Shown: positions 1 to 8,400 of the stretch, piece after piece
Position numbering within the stretch: position 1 is the first letter of the stretch
How the letters are laid out: each line of letters opens with the position of its first letter
Source of the DNA: a virus
Taxonomy: Duplodnaviria > Caudoviricetes
Strand: one strand, 5' to 3'
DNA length: 28,781 bases
Virus record (IMG/VR): IMGVR_UViG_3300032305_001058
Location: 1 to 28,781 of that record
Made by a program: the position numbers and the translations under genes
The notes under the pieces: generated by a model
The model's database searches: none
Seen by the model: only the letters and a program-made list of their open reading frames with translations
Told to the model about the DNA's origin: nothing

Positions 1-20
1 CTAGCATCGTTCCGTGAAAT

Positions 21-50
21 TTGCATTTTGAAACAGGTGTCTATTAGGAT
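21..50 (+). promoter_or_regulatory. Putative sigma70/SigA promoter giving a leaderless mRNA
   Basis: TTGCAT (21-26), 18-nt spacer, TAGGAT (45-50), then 6 nt to the ATG at 57; no clear Shine-Dalgarno. Confidence 0.55.
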
Positions 51-56
51 GGGTGT

Positions 57-545
57 ATGTCTCGTATTGTTGACCATCCTGTTCGTATTGCTCGTATTGC
101 TAGGGGTTTGTCTCAGAGTAAGTTGGCAAGTCTTGCTGGTGTGCAGCGTTCTGCTGTTACTGCTGTTGAGGATGGGCGGACGAGGGTGCCTAGTGAGAAG
201 ATTCTCAGCGTGCTCAGTGAGGACCCGAAGCAACTTTTGGGTGAGGTTTTGGGTTGGTGGGATGCGCCTGTGAAGCCTATGTTGAAGCCTGCTGCTCAGA
301 ATTTGTTGTTGATTCCTCCTTATACGTTGGGTCAGTATTATAGGACTTTTGGTGAGTGGCGTCGTGAGTTTGCTCCGACGGTGACTGGTTTTGCGTCGTT
401 GTTGAGGTTGAATCCTGCGGTTGTGCGTGAGTTTGAGTTGGGTCGTGTTGAGGCGATGGGTGATGTTTTGGCGGGGCGTTTGGTTTCTGGGTTGGGGTTG
501 TCGCCTGAGTACCTTGTGGCGTTGGAGGGGTTGCGTCGTGGTTGA
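57..545 (+). CDS. XRE/Cro-family regulator with two tandem HTH domains
   Basis: N-terminal RIARGLSQSKLASLAGVQRSAVTAVEDGRTRVP is a typical XRE HTH; second degenerate copy EWRREFAPTVTGFASLLRLNPAVVREFELGR. Confidence 0.85.
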   Translation: MSRIVDHPVRIARIARGLSQSKLASLAGVQRSAVTAVEDGRTRVPSEKILSVLSEDPKQLLGEVLGWWDAPVKPMLKPAAQNLLLIPPYTLGQYYRTFGEWRREFAPTVTGFASLLRLNPAVVREFELGRVEAMGDVLAGRLVSGLGLSPEYLVALEGLRRG

Positions 546-1080
546 TGTTGGGTTGGCGGGGTTTGCTCGTTCGGGTAAGGATTCGGTTGGGCGGGTTTTG
601 GTTGCTAATGGGTTTGTTAGGCGGAGTTTTGCGTCGCCTATGCGTACGGCTTTGTGTCGTTTGAATCCGTTGGTGGAGACGTCGAGTGGTGTTATGCCTT
701 TGATGGATGCGTTGTATTTGTTGGGGTCTTGGGAGGGTTTGAAGGTGCATGCGCCTGGGGTGCGGGTGTTGTTGCAGCGTTTGGGGTCGGATGTTGGGCG
801 TGAGATGTTTGGTGAGGATTTTTGGGTTGGTCAGGCGTTTAGGGGTTTGGATGGTGTTGAGAGTGTGGTTTTTACGGATGTGCGGTTTCCTAATGAGGGT
901 GAGGCTATTCGGGGGCGTGGTGGTGTTGTGTGGAATGTTGTTCGGCCTGGTGTTGGTGTTGTTAATGGTCATGTGTCTGAGTCTGCGATGGGTGGGTTTG
1001 TTTTTGATGAGACGGTTGTGAATGATGGCAGTTTTGAGGATTTGGAAGGTAAGGTGCTCAGTTGTCTGAAGAAACTTTAG
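538..1080 (+). CDS. Deoxynucleoside monophosphate kinase (phage dNMP kinase)
   Basis: P-loop GLAGFARSGKD, SFASPMR, RVLLQRLGSDVGR, VFTDVRFPNE, HVSE motifs; start moved to GTG 538 after SD GGAGGGG (524-530). Confidence 0.92.
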   Translation: MVDVGLAGFARSGKDSVGRVLVANGFVRRSFASPMRTALCRLNPLVETSSGVMPLMDALYLLGSWEGLKVHAPGVRVLLQRLGSDVGREMFGEDFWVGQAFRGLDGVESVVFTDVRFPNEGEAIRGRGGVVWNVVRPGVGVVNGHVSESAMGGFVFDETVVNDGSFEDLEGKVLSCLKKL

Positions 1081-1787
1081 ACCCGCAGGCGTTTGTTTCT
1101 CGTCAGCCGTCTCGTGCTGAGCGTAAGGAGCAGCAACTGTTTGAGCGGGTGTTGGCTGCTGCGGTGGCTGCGGACCGTCAGGGCATGTTTTTGGAGTTGC
1201 AGGTTATTCGTGACCAGGACCCGTCTTTGTCTAAGGCTGAGGTTGAGATGGTTTGGGGTGGGTCTAAGTTTCAGCAGGCTTTGGCTGACCGTGGGATTCG
1301 GACGACTTCTAATCCTAATTTGACGTTGCGTCAGGAGACGTTTTTGCAGGCTTATTTGTCGCCTGTGAATGTGAAGACTCCGCAGGTGTTGGCTAAGCAG
1401 ATGAAGATTGGTTTGCCTGAGTTGGATGGGTGGATGCGTCAGAAGGAGTTTGCTTCTGCGATGTCTGTGAAGGCTGCGGATAATTTGAAGCATTTTTTGC
1501 CGATGGCTGACCAGGCTTTGGGGCAGTTGGTGTCGCAGGGTGATATGAAGGCGATTACGTTTTTGAATCAGTTGACTGGGCGTTTTGACCCGAATGCTAA
1601 GTCTGCGTTGGATGTGCCTGCGTTGTTGTTGCAGGTGCAGGATATTGTGTTGCGTCATGTGCGTGAGCCTGAGGTGAAGCGCAATATTGCTAGGGAGTTG
1701 ATTGCTTTGGCTTCTGGGCAGTCGCCGTTGGCTGTGGTTGCGGAGCCTGTTTATGATACGATTGTTGTTGAGGCTTCGGAAGATTAG
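1062..1787 (+). CDS. HTH protein, putative terminase small subunit
   Basis: LTLRQETFLQAYL...LAKQMKIGLPELDGWMRQKEF...GDMKAITFLNQLTGRF resembles the HTH plus oligomerisation helices of small terminases. Confidence 0.55.
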   Translation: MSEETLDPQAFVSRQPSRAERKEQQLFERVLAAAVAADRQGMFLELQVIRDQDPSLSKAEVEMVWGGSKFQQALADRGIRTTSNPNLTLRQETFLQAYLSPVNVKTPQVLAKQMKIGLPELDGWMRQKEFASAMSVKAADNLKHFLPMADQALGQLVSQGDMKAITFLNQLTGRFDPNAKSALDVPALLLQVQDIVLRHVREPEVKRNIARELIALASGQSPLAVVAEPVYDTIVVEASED

Positions 1788-1799
1788 TTAGGTTTTGTT

Positions 1800-2135
1800 A
1801 TGTCGTATACGACTACTACCCGTTTGGGTTTGAAGAAGGCTGTTGCTGGGTCTAATCAGGCGTTTGAGACTGCCATTTTTAATGAGAATTTGGATAAGGT
1901 TGATGCTGAGGCGGTTGCTGCTGATGCCCGTTTGGATTCGGCTGAGTCTCGCCTTACGAGTGTTGAGGGTGTTAATACTTCTCAGGGTTCGGCTATTTCT
2001 GCTTTGCAGACTTTGACTGCTTCGGGTTCTGTGAATTCTGCTAATAATGCGTTGAAGATTGATTCTCGTAAGTTGTCTGTTGCTAGTACTGCACCCACAT
2101 CACCTTCTACTGGTGATTTGTGGATTCAGGTGTAA
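1800..2135 (+). CDS. Short tail-fibre/minor tail protein
   Basis: N-terminal TTRLGLKK...NENLDKVD anchor-like motif, coiled coil, C-terminal STAPTSPSTGDLWI fibre module. Confidence 0.7.
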   Translation: MSYTTTTRLGLKKAVAGSNQAFETAIFNENLDKVDAEAVAADARLDSAESRLTSVEGVNTSQGSAISALQTLTASGSVNSANNALKIDSRKLSVASTAPTSPSTGDLWIQV

Positions 2136-2141
2136 TGCCTG

Positions 2142-2822
2142 ATGAGCGTTTCGGGGTCGATTACTAAAACTGGGTCTACTACTACCAGTATTAGTGTTTC
2201 GTGGAACATTACTAGCACTGCGTCGAATCCTGGTGCGATTATTGAGTTGCAGGTTTATGGGCCTGGCATAACTTTTGTTGATATTACTAGCAGCACTGAT
2301 AAGCCTATTGTTGGGTCTGGTACTGTTTCTGGGTTGTCTCCTGGTACTTCGTATACTTTTGGTTTTGGTGGTCAGGATAAACTGGGCCAGTTTGGTAATG
2401 GCAGTTATTCGTTTAGTACGGATGCTGCACCGTCTAATCCTCCTGTTTGGACTGATAACACGCTTGGCGGTTTTCAGGCAGAGGTTGCTTATAGCGACAG
2501 TGTATCTGCGACTAATAGCCCTACTTATTCGTTAACTGCTGGGGCTTTGCCTACGGGTATTTCTCGTTCTGGTGGTGCTTTGTCGGGTACGCCTACGGTT
2601 GCTGGGCAGTCTTATTCGTTTACTTTGCAGGCTGCTAATGGTGATGGTTCTGTTTCGCAGGCGTTTTCGGGTACGGTGGCTGCTGCGCCTACTGCTGGTA
2701 AGTGGCGTGTGTGGACTGGTTCGACTTGGGTGGTTGGCCCTGTGAAGGTGTGGAATGGTTCTGCTTGGGTTGCGGGCAGTGTGAAGGTTTGGAATGGGAC
2801 GGCTTGGGTGTCAAGTGTCTAA
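2142..2822 (+). CDS. Minor virion protein with FN3-like and Ig-like domains and C-terminal VWNGxxW repeats
   Basis: SISVSW...VSGLSPGTSYTF (FN3-like), YSLTAGALPTGIS...LSGTPT...YSFTLQAAN (putative Ig), three (K/R)VW(T/N)G(S/T)xW repeats. Confidence 0.8.
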   Translation: MSVSGSITKTGSTTTSISVSWNITSTASNPGAIIELQVYGPGITFVDITSSTDKPIVGSGTVSGLSPGTSYTFGFGGQDKLGQFGNGSYSFSTDAAPSNPPVWTDNTLGGFQAEVAYSDSVSATNSPTYSLTAGALPTGISRSGGALSGTPTVAGQSYSFTLQAANGDGSVSQAFSGTVAAAPTAGKWRVWTGSTWVVGPVKVWNGSAWVAGSVKVWNGTAWVSSV

Positions 2823-3066
2823 CATTGAGCAACCGCATGTGAAGGTTACCTTACAAACCATTTACGATAAGCAACTTGATAATGAGAAGTTGTTGGTTCG
2901 GACGTTGGAGCGTTTGGATGGTTTGTCTGATGTGCCTGACCGTTTGAGGGCTGTGGAGATTGCTCAGGCCCGTTCGGCTTGGGTGGAGAAGATTGCTTAT
3001 TCGGCGCTTTGTGGTGCTATAATTGCTGTTGGGACGACTATTATTTCTTCGATTAGCAAGGGTTAA
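2815..3066 (+). CDS. Small membrane protein (coiled coil plus C-terminal TM), lysis-cassette associated
   Basis: C-terminal IAYSALCGAIIAVGTTIISSI hydrophobic helix; directly upstream of endolysin; probable GTG start at 2815 overlapping the previous stop. Confidence 0.65.
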   Translation: MSNIEQPHVKVTLQTIYDKQLDNEKLLVRTLERLDGLSDVPDRLRAVEIAQARSAWVEKIAYSALCGAIIAVGTTIISSISKG

Positions 3067-3068
3067 TT

Positions 3069-3608
3069 ATGCCTCTTCATGTCCTCCCATTTCCTGAGTC
3101 TAAGGTGCCCGCTGGTGGCGATTTTGGTAACAAGGAAGCCCCTCGCACTAACCCTCACCGTGGCGTAGATTTCGCTGTTGCTGGTGGCACCCCGATTAAG
3201 TCTGCGACTGTGGGTAAGGTTGTTGTTTCTAAGTGGAACACTGTTTTGGGTAACGTTGTTGTTGTTGAGGACCACAAGGGCGTTTTTTGGGGTTACTGCC
3301 ACTTGCGTGATGTTGGTGCACCTATCGGCACTGAGTGTGTTGCTGGTGTGACTGTCATTGGCAAGGTTGGTAACACGGGTACCGCCTCACGAGGCGCCCA
3401 TTTGCACTGGACGTGTTCACCTGAGATGGATGGTTACAGCGTTGGTAAGGTTGTGGACCCGCTGGCTGGGTTGAAGAAGCGTATTGCTGCTGAGGTTGGT
3501 GTTAAGGCCCCTGAAGCCCCTGTGGAGGCTCCTGAGGCCCCTGTGAAGCCTGCGCCTAAGCCTGCTGCTAAGAAGCCTGTGAAGGCTGCTGAGAAGGCTG
3601 CTGAGTAG
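3069..3608 (+). CDS. M23-family peptidase endolysin
   Basis: HRGVDF (HxxxD), YCHL, IGKVGNTG..GAHLH (HxH) zinc motifs; Pro/Ala/Lys-rich C-terminal tail. Confidence 0.93.
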   Translation: MPLHVLPFPESKVPAGGDFGNKEAPRTNPHRGVDFAVAGGTPIKSATVGKVVVSKWNTVLGNVVVVEDHKGVFWGYCHLRDVGAPIGTECVAGVTVIGKVGNTGTASRGAHLHWTCSPEMDGYSVGKVVDPLAGLKKRIAAEVGVKAPEAPVEAPEAPVKPAPKPAAKKPVKAAEKAAE

Positions 3609-3610
3609 TC

Positions 3611-3892
3611 GTGGCTAAGCACAAGTTCATTGAACCTAAGCACATTAAGCGTGCTAAGCGTGTTTTGGCGTTTGGTGTGGCTTCGGGTATTGTTTCGCCT
3701 GGTGCTGGTTCGTGGATTGGCATTGATGCTGTGACTTCGGCTATTTTTGGTGCGATGGTGGTATTGTTGTCTTTGGTGGCTGCGATGTTGCTCACTTACG
3801 CTGGTAAGGGCGAGGTTTCGGACACAGATTTTGATTCACACATTAATGAGAGCATTGAGACTTTGAAGTCTACTGCTAAGAAAGAGAAGTAA
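3611..3892 (+). CDS. Putative holin
   Basis: 93 aa, two hydrophobic segments, charged termini, immediately after the endolysin. Confidence 0.65.
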   Translation: MAKHKFIEPKHIKRAKRVLAFGVASGIVSPGAGSWIGIDAVTSAIFGAMVVLLSLVAAMLLTYAGKGEVSDTDFDSHINESIETLKSTAKKEK

Positions 3893-3894
3893 AC

Positions 3895-4113
3895 ATGTAC
3901 GATTCGTTGGCTAAGATGACTGCTATGGGTTCAAAACCGACCCCTAAGCCTGCACCTAAGAATGCCCGTGTTGAGGCTGCTAAGCGTATTGCTGCGGAGT
4001 TGAAGGCTAAGAAGGCTGCTGCTAAGAAGGTTAATGAGTCTTACAAGTTGCCTGGTGGCGGAACTAAGTATGATTCTTACGGCGAGAAGAACAAGTACAG
4101 CGGTAAAGATTAA
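3895..4113 (+). CDS. Small basic hypothetical protein
   Basis: 72 aa Lys/Ala-rich ORF tightly packed in the operon, codon usage like neighbours. Confidence 0.75.
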   Translation: MYDSLAKMTAMGSKPTPKPAPKNARVEAAKRIAAELKAKKAAAKKVNESYKLPGGGTKYDSYGEKNKYSGKD

Positions 4114-4253
4114 TGCCTTACAAGTTCACGGATAAGCAGGCTTACCACATGAAGGATGGTAAGCGTGATTATTTGCCTAAGAAGCAGGCTGTGGCTATTC
4201 AGTTGGCTAAGTTGCGTAAAGAGGGCCGTATACCGCCAAGAAAGGGCGAATAA
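4113..4253 (+). CDS. 46-aa basic hypothetical protein (not in ORF track)
   Basis: MPYKFTDKQAYHMKDGKRDYLPKKQAVAIQLAKLRKEGRIPPRKGE; TAATG overlaps with both neighbours. Confidence 0.8.
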   Translation: MPYKFTDKQAYHMKDGKRDYLPKKQAVAIQLAKLRKEGRIPPRKGE

Positions 4254-4471
4254 TGTCTACAAGTATTGAGATTGAAGTTGAGTCTGAGTCTGAGTATTGC
4301 GATTGCTGCAAGGACTGCAAGATGAGCATGGGTGATAAGCCTGAGGAGTCTAAGGACGCCATGTTGGCTGAGTTGAAGAAGTTGTTGGGTGATAGCAGCA
4401 GCAATGGTTTGGCTGAGCGTCAGATGAAGATTGATGAACTAATCTCTAAGATTAGTGAACTTGGTGACTAA
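4253..4471 (+). CDS. Small acidic hypothetical protein with CDCCKDC cluster
   Basis: 72 aa ORF coupled by TAATG; Cys cluster followed by two amphipathic helices. Confidence 0.75.
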   Translation: MSTSIEIEVESESEYCDCCKDCKMSMGDKPEESKDAMLAELKKLLGDSSSNGLAERQMKIDELISKISELGD

Positions 4472-4473
4472 CA

Positions 4474-5166
4474 TTGCCTATAGATAGGCGTGATGAGGCT
4501 GCTGCTAAACGGAACGCTGTAGCAAAAAATAAAGTTATCAAGGCTATGCCTACTGGACCAAATGTTGGTTCTGCTGCAGAGCAGCGTGCTTTAGAAAAAT
4601 TTATTTCTAACCCTAAGTTTGGTTATTCGCCTAACCTTGGCGTAAAAGAACCTTTGGAGGCTTTGGCTAATCGCAATACCATTCCTGCTGGGACTGAGAT
4701 GTATCGTGCTTTGACGCCAGGGGAACTTGAGCGTATAACGGCTGCTACTAAGGGTGGCGGGGATTACAAACCTGGTCAGGTTAGGTCGGTTGCTGGTTCT
4801 AGCGATTTGCAAACTTTAGGACAAAGTGCTTCTAAAACTGGCAACATAAATTTCGGTGGGCAGAATAGTTATGCAAATACTATTGCCCAGATTACTGCTA
4901 TGGAAAAACTTAACGGTATTCAGAACGTAAACAAGTTTGGCGATTTAAGTCAACTTAACCAAGAGGGCATGTTAGGTCCAAATACTAGGTATAAGTTGTT
5001 GGACAGCACGCCTTCAACTAATCCTGCGGTTCCTAGCATTATGCGTTTTGGTGCTTACGCTAACAGTTTCTTGGGCTTTTTACCTATGTTGATGCAGGCT
5101 GGAAACATTGCTACTGGTAAGTATGTTGACCCTATGTTTACTAAACCTGGCAGGATAGTTCAGTAA
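4474..5166 (+). CDS. Putative ADP-ribosyltransferase (R-S-E clade, VIP2/Alt-like fold), divergent
   Basis: TEMYRAL (R motif), YKPGQVRSVA (S position), IAQIT strand, LNQEGMLGPNTRYKL (ExE-L-x-x-x-t-x-y-k-like motif) in the right order and spacing. Confidence 0.6.
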   Translation: MPIDRRDEAAAKRNAVAKNKVIKAMPTGPNVGSAAEQRALEKFISNPKFGYSPNLGVKEPLEALANRNTIPAGTEMYRALTPGELERITAATKGGGDYKPGQVRSVAGSSDLQTLGQSASKTGNINFGGQNSYANTIAQITAMEKLNGIQNVNKFGDLSQLNQEGMLGPNTRYKLLDSTPSTNPAVPSIMRFGAYANSFLGFLPMLMQAGNIATGKYVDPMFTKPGRIVQ

Positions 5167-5170
5167 GAGG

Positions 5171-5208
5171 AAAACCCCCGCTTATTCGGCGGGGGTTTCT
5201 TCGTTTTC
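5171..5208. terminator. Bidirectional intrinsic terminator between convergent operons
   Basis: Stem AAACCCCCGC (5172-5181) / GCGGGGGTTT (5189-5198), 7-nt loop, A-rich left and T-rich right flanks. Confidence 0.8.
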
Positions 5209-5430
5209 TGGGGTTTCTACTGTGAAGTCTTGTAGCAGTAGTTGCACTGTTGGGCATGGGTAGTGGACGATTGCGTCTGCGAGGGCGGAGCAGTGTTTGC
5301 AGCCTTCGATTGCTTCGGCAGTGTTTTCGCCTTCCATTTCTTCAGCGTCGTGTAGCAGGAACACTGTGTTGAGTGTTTCGTACATTAGTGACGCACCCAG
5401 TTTCAGGGCTTCTAGTTCTTTTTCGTCCAT
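5182..5430 (-). CDS. Small acidic putative zinc-binding protein
   Basis: LH...CKHC...YPCPT motif; strong SD AAGGAG. Confidence 0.8.
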   Translation of the reverse strand: MDEKELEALKLGASLMYETLNTVFLLHDAEEMEGENTAEAIEGCKHCSALADAIVHYPCPTVQLLLQDFTVETPENEETPAE

Positions 5431-5439
5431 GGTGTCTCC

Positions 5440-8400
5440 TTATTTGTTTTGGTATTGTTCCAGGAATGCTTTCATCCTAGCAGATTGTTCTTTCTGACTG
5501 TATTTCTGGTATGACTCTTTTTCTACATCGATTGGTTTACCGCCAACAAAGAAACTGATGTTTTTGAGTTCTCGTTCTCGGTCTGTGAGTTCTTTTCCTG
5601 GAGGGTTGTAGCCTAGGCCCTGTGCGATTCCACTAAATGCTGTCATTGAGAATAGGCGGTCTGCAAGGGTTGGCAGGTCTTTTACAGTTGACGGCGTGCC
5701 ATAGCGCACATCTGTCTTGGTGGCAAACTCGATTGGTAACTGGAGGATTGTGTTGATGTTTTTACCAACTAGTGACTGGGTTGCGCTGATGCCTTTGAAA
5801 ACGTTTTGTTCGCCAGTGTATGCAGGGTCGTATGCGAATCCGCTGTAGTTGTCGAGAACGTCCATTGGCAGGATTGATGGTTTCCAAACCATTGGGCCGT
5901 TTGGTCCTTCGGTGATTGGGCCGAACACGCTGTTGCTTAGGAAACTTGGTGCCTGTTTTTTCAGGTCCCATGGTCTACCAAAACTGGTTGGTTCGTAACC
6001 TTGTTCTTGTGATAGTTCGTACTGGACCTTTGGGTAGAGCAGCACGGCTGCTGTGTGGTCCATTGCCAGTTTGAACATTGCGCCGTGTGCGACACGCAAC
6101 CATGTGTAGTAGGTGGTTAGTGGGCGGATGCGTTTGCGCTCAAAAGCGGTAAGCGATTGTAGTGTTGGGTGGTATTTGCTTACTGCTTCTGAGATTTGAC
6201 GGAGCATGTCTGCATCGTTTTTGAAGTTTCCTCGGCGGATGACGCTCATGGTTGTTGCCATGCGGGCAATGTTTCCGTAGTATGCTGCAAAGTCACCAAC
6301 TGGTTTCAGGGTTACTTGGAATTTTGATGCTGCACGGCGGACGCCTTCTTGGAAGGTTTTGCCTAGTTCTTTGTTGTAAACCTGTTCCGCTTCGGTACCG
6401 AACTTGATTGGGTTGCTGATTGCTTCGTCGTAGAGGTTTAGTACACGGTCATCGAAAAGGCTGTTGATGATTCCGCCAGAGTCTTCACCAATTTTGATTA
6501 GTTCTTCAATGTTAAATGTTTTTGTTTTACCGTTGATGACTGCTGTGACTATGCCTTTTTCAACAATGTTTTGGTATTCTCGTGAGTTTACGCCTTTCAT
6601 GCGTCGCAGTGCACGGTTGAATTTTTCTTCTGTTTTGTTGGCTCCCCATCCTGCACGGATGTCTTCGCCCACCCATTCTTTAACGGTTTTGAATGCTGCA
6701 ATCCAGTCTGATGTGTGGTTTGCGCCTTGCATGACTGATGTCACTGAGTCGCTTACGCCGTTGATGATGTGGTAACTTGGTTTGACAATTGTTTGGACTG
6801 CTTTTACCATGCCTGTTAGGTCGAGGAGTGTGCGTGTCCAGCCTCTAATTGGGTTTTCGATTAGCCCTGAGTAGTTGCGGTTCATAAACATGAAACCTTC
6901 AGCCATGTACTCTGGGAATAGCATTCCCTTTGGTATTCCGACTGTTAGGTCAATTCCACTACCTGGGACTGTTTTTAGTTCAACCCAGCCTTCTTTTAGT
7001 GCTTGTTCTGCTGGCACACCCTGTGCTACGTGGCTGAAATCTTTAGCAAAGTGTAGACCAATTGTTTGAATTGTTTTTGCGTTTTGTACGGCAGTGATGA
7101 AACTGTTGATGATTACAAACGGTTTGCCGTTTGCTTTTTCAAATGCTGATGCCCGCTCATTCCATTTCGCTAATGCTATGGTGTCTGCAGCAATGTCTTT
7201 TGTCGGTTCAGTGAAGGGCAAGTTGTCGAGCAGTTTTGTCAGGTCAGTAACGTCTGATGATTTTTTAATGCCTAGCGACATGTTGAGATTTAGCGTGTCA
7301 AACATTTGGTCTAGTGCTGCACGGGAAAGCGTGCTGTTTGGTCCTAGTTCTTCCATGATTGGGTCTAGGACTTTACGCATTTCTTTAGCAAACTCGTTGA
7401 CAAGGCCATTTTCTGATGGCGATACTGCTTCGCCTCGGCGTAGAGCCAAAGTGAAGCCCTTGCGGAAATCTTCTGCTGAAAGAATTTTGTCGTATCGGCG
7501 TGCAATGTCAGTGAAAACATCTGCAACGTTTTGGACAGCACCCATTAGTTTGCTTTCAGCAATCACAGCAATCTGCTGGATGGTTGAGTTGCCTGCTGTT
7601 GAACTTAGGTGCTTTTGAATGTTTTGTGCACGGGAAGCAACTTGCTGGTCCTTGCTGGCCTTTGCACCAAGTTTCCATGCGGGGTCGTATAGGTAGGTTT
7701 TAATTTCTGCGTTTAGCAGTGGACGCATTATGCGCTCTTGCTCTAAACGCATGTAGGCATCAAATTCGCCTTCAGTCATGTTGCGAATTTCTTGTGCAAG
7801 TTTTGATGCAGCAACGAAAGCGTCTTCACGGGCACCTTCAGCCAGTTCACCTGCACGGACATCGGCTGCTTCAGCAATCTTTTTAGCAGATGCTTTTTCT
7901 TGTTTAGCAGTTAGTTTTGGTGCTTTGGCTGTAATGTTTGTGTCGTGTAGAACGTTGCCAACATTTGCTGCACCGTCAGTAGTGACAATTACACGGTTTT
8001 TGTTAGCGAGTTCTGTGGCAAGTTGTTCATCGAACTGGGTGCTTGGTACCCACTGGACACGGTTGTTCACAGCGTCGTACATCCAGTGTTCGGTTGGTAG
8101 CCACTTTTCCCATGCTTTGTTGCGGGCAGTTTCTAGGTTTTTTGCTAAACGGGTTAGGGTGCGATTCCAGTTTGCCACTTCTTGTTTAGTTGTTTTGCTG
8201 GTGATGCTTATTAGGTGCTGTTCTATTTCTAGACGAGCCTTGGTGTACATGCGCTCTGCGGTGGCTTTGGCTGCTTTAGTTGGTGACGGTAGGTGTTCAC
8301 GGCCTGCTGGGGCTGCGCCACGTAGTTCTGCTTGTTTGAAGTATGAGTTTATTTCTGTACGGAGACGGCCCCATGCTTCTTCATCTTCTGGGCTGAGTAC

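Noticed and set aside
421-537. ORF-track starts at 421, 2794, 23104, 25637 and 27575
   Set aside because: Extensions overlap upstream genes; better starts with SD, -10 box or stop-start coupling at 538, 2815, 23221, 25706 and 27659
277-1658. Long minus-strand ORFs (277-972, 1077-1658) rich in Thr/Asn/Pro/Gln/His
   Set aside because: Antisense shadows of real genes; the G+T skew of the + strand removes stop codons from the opposite strand
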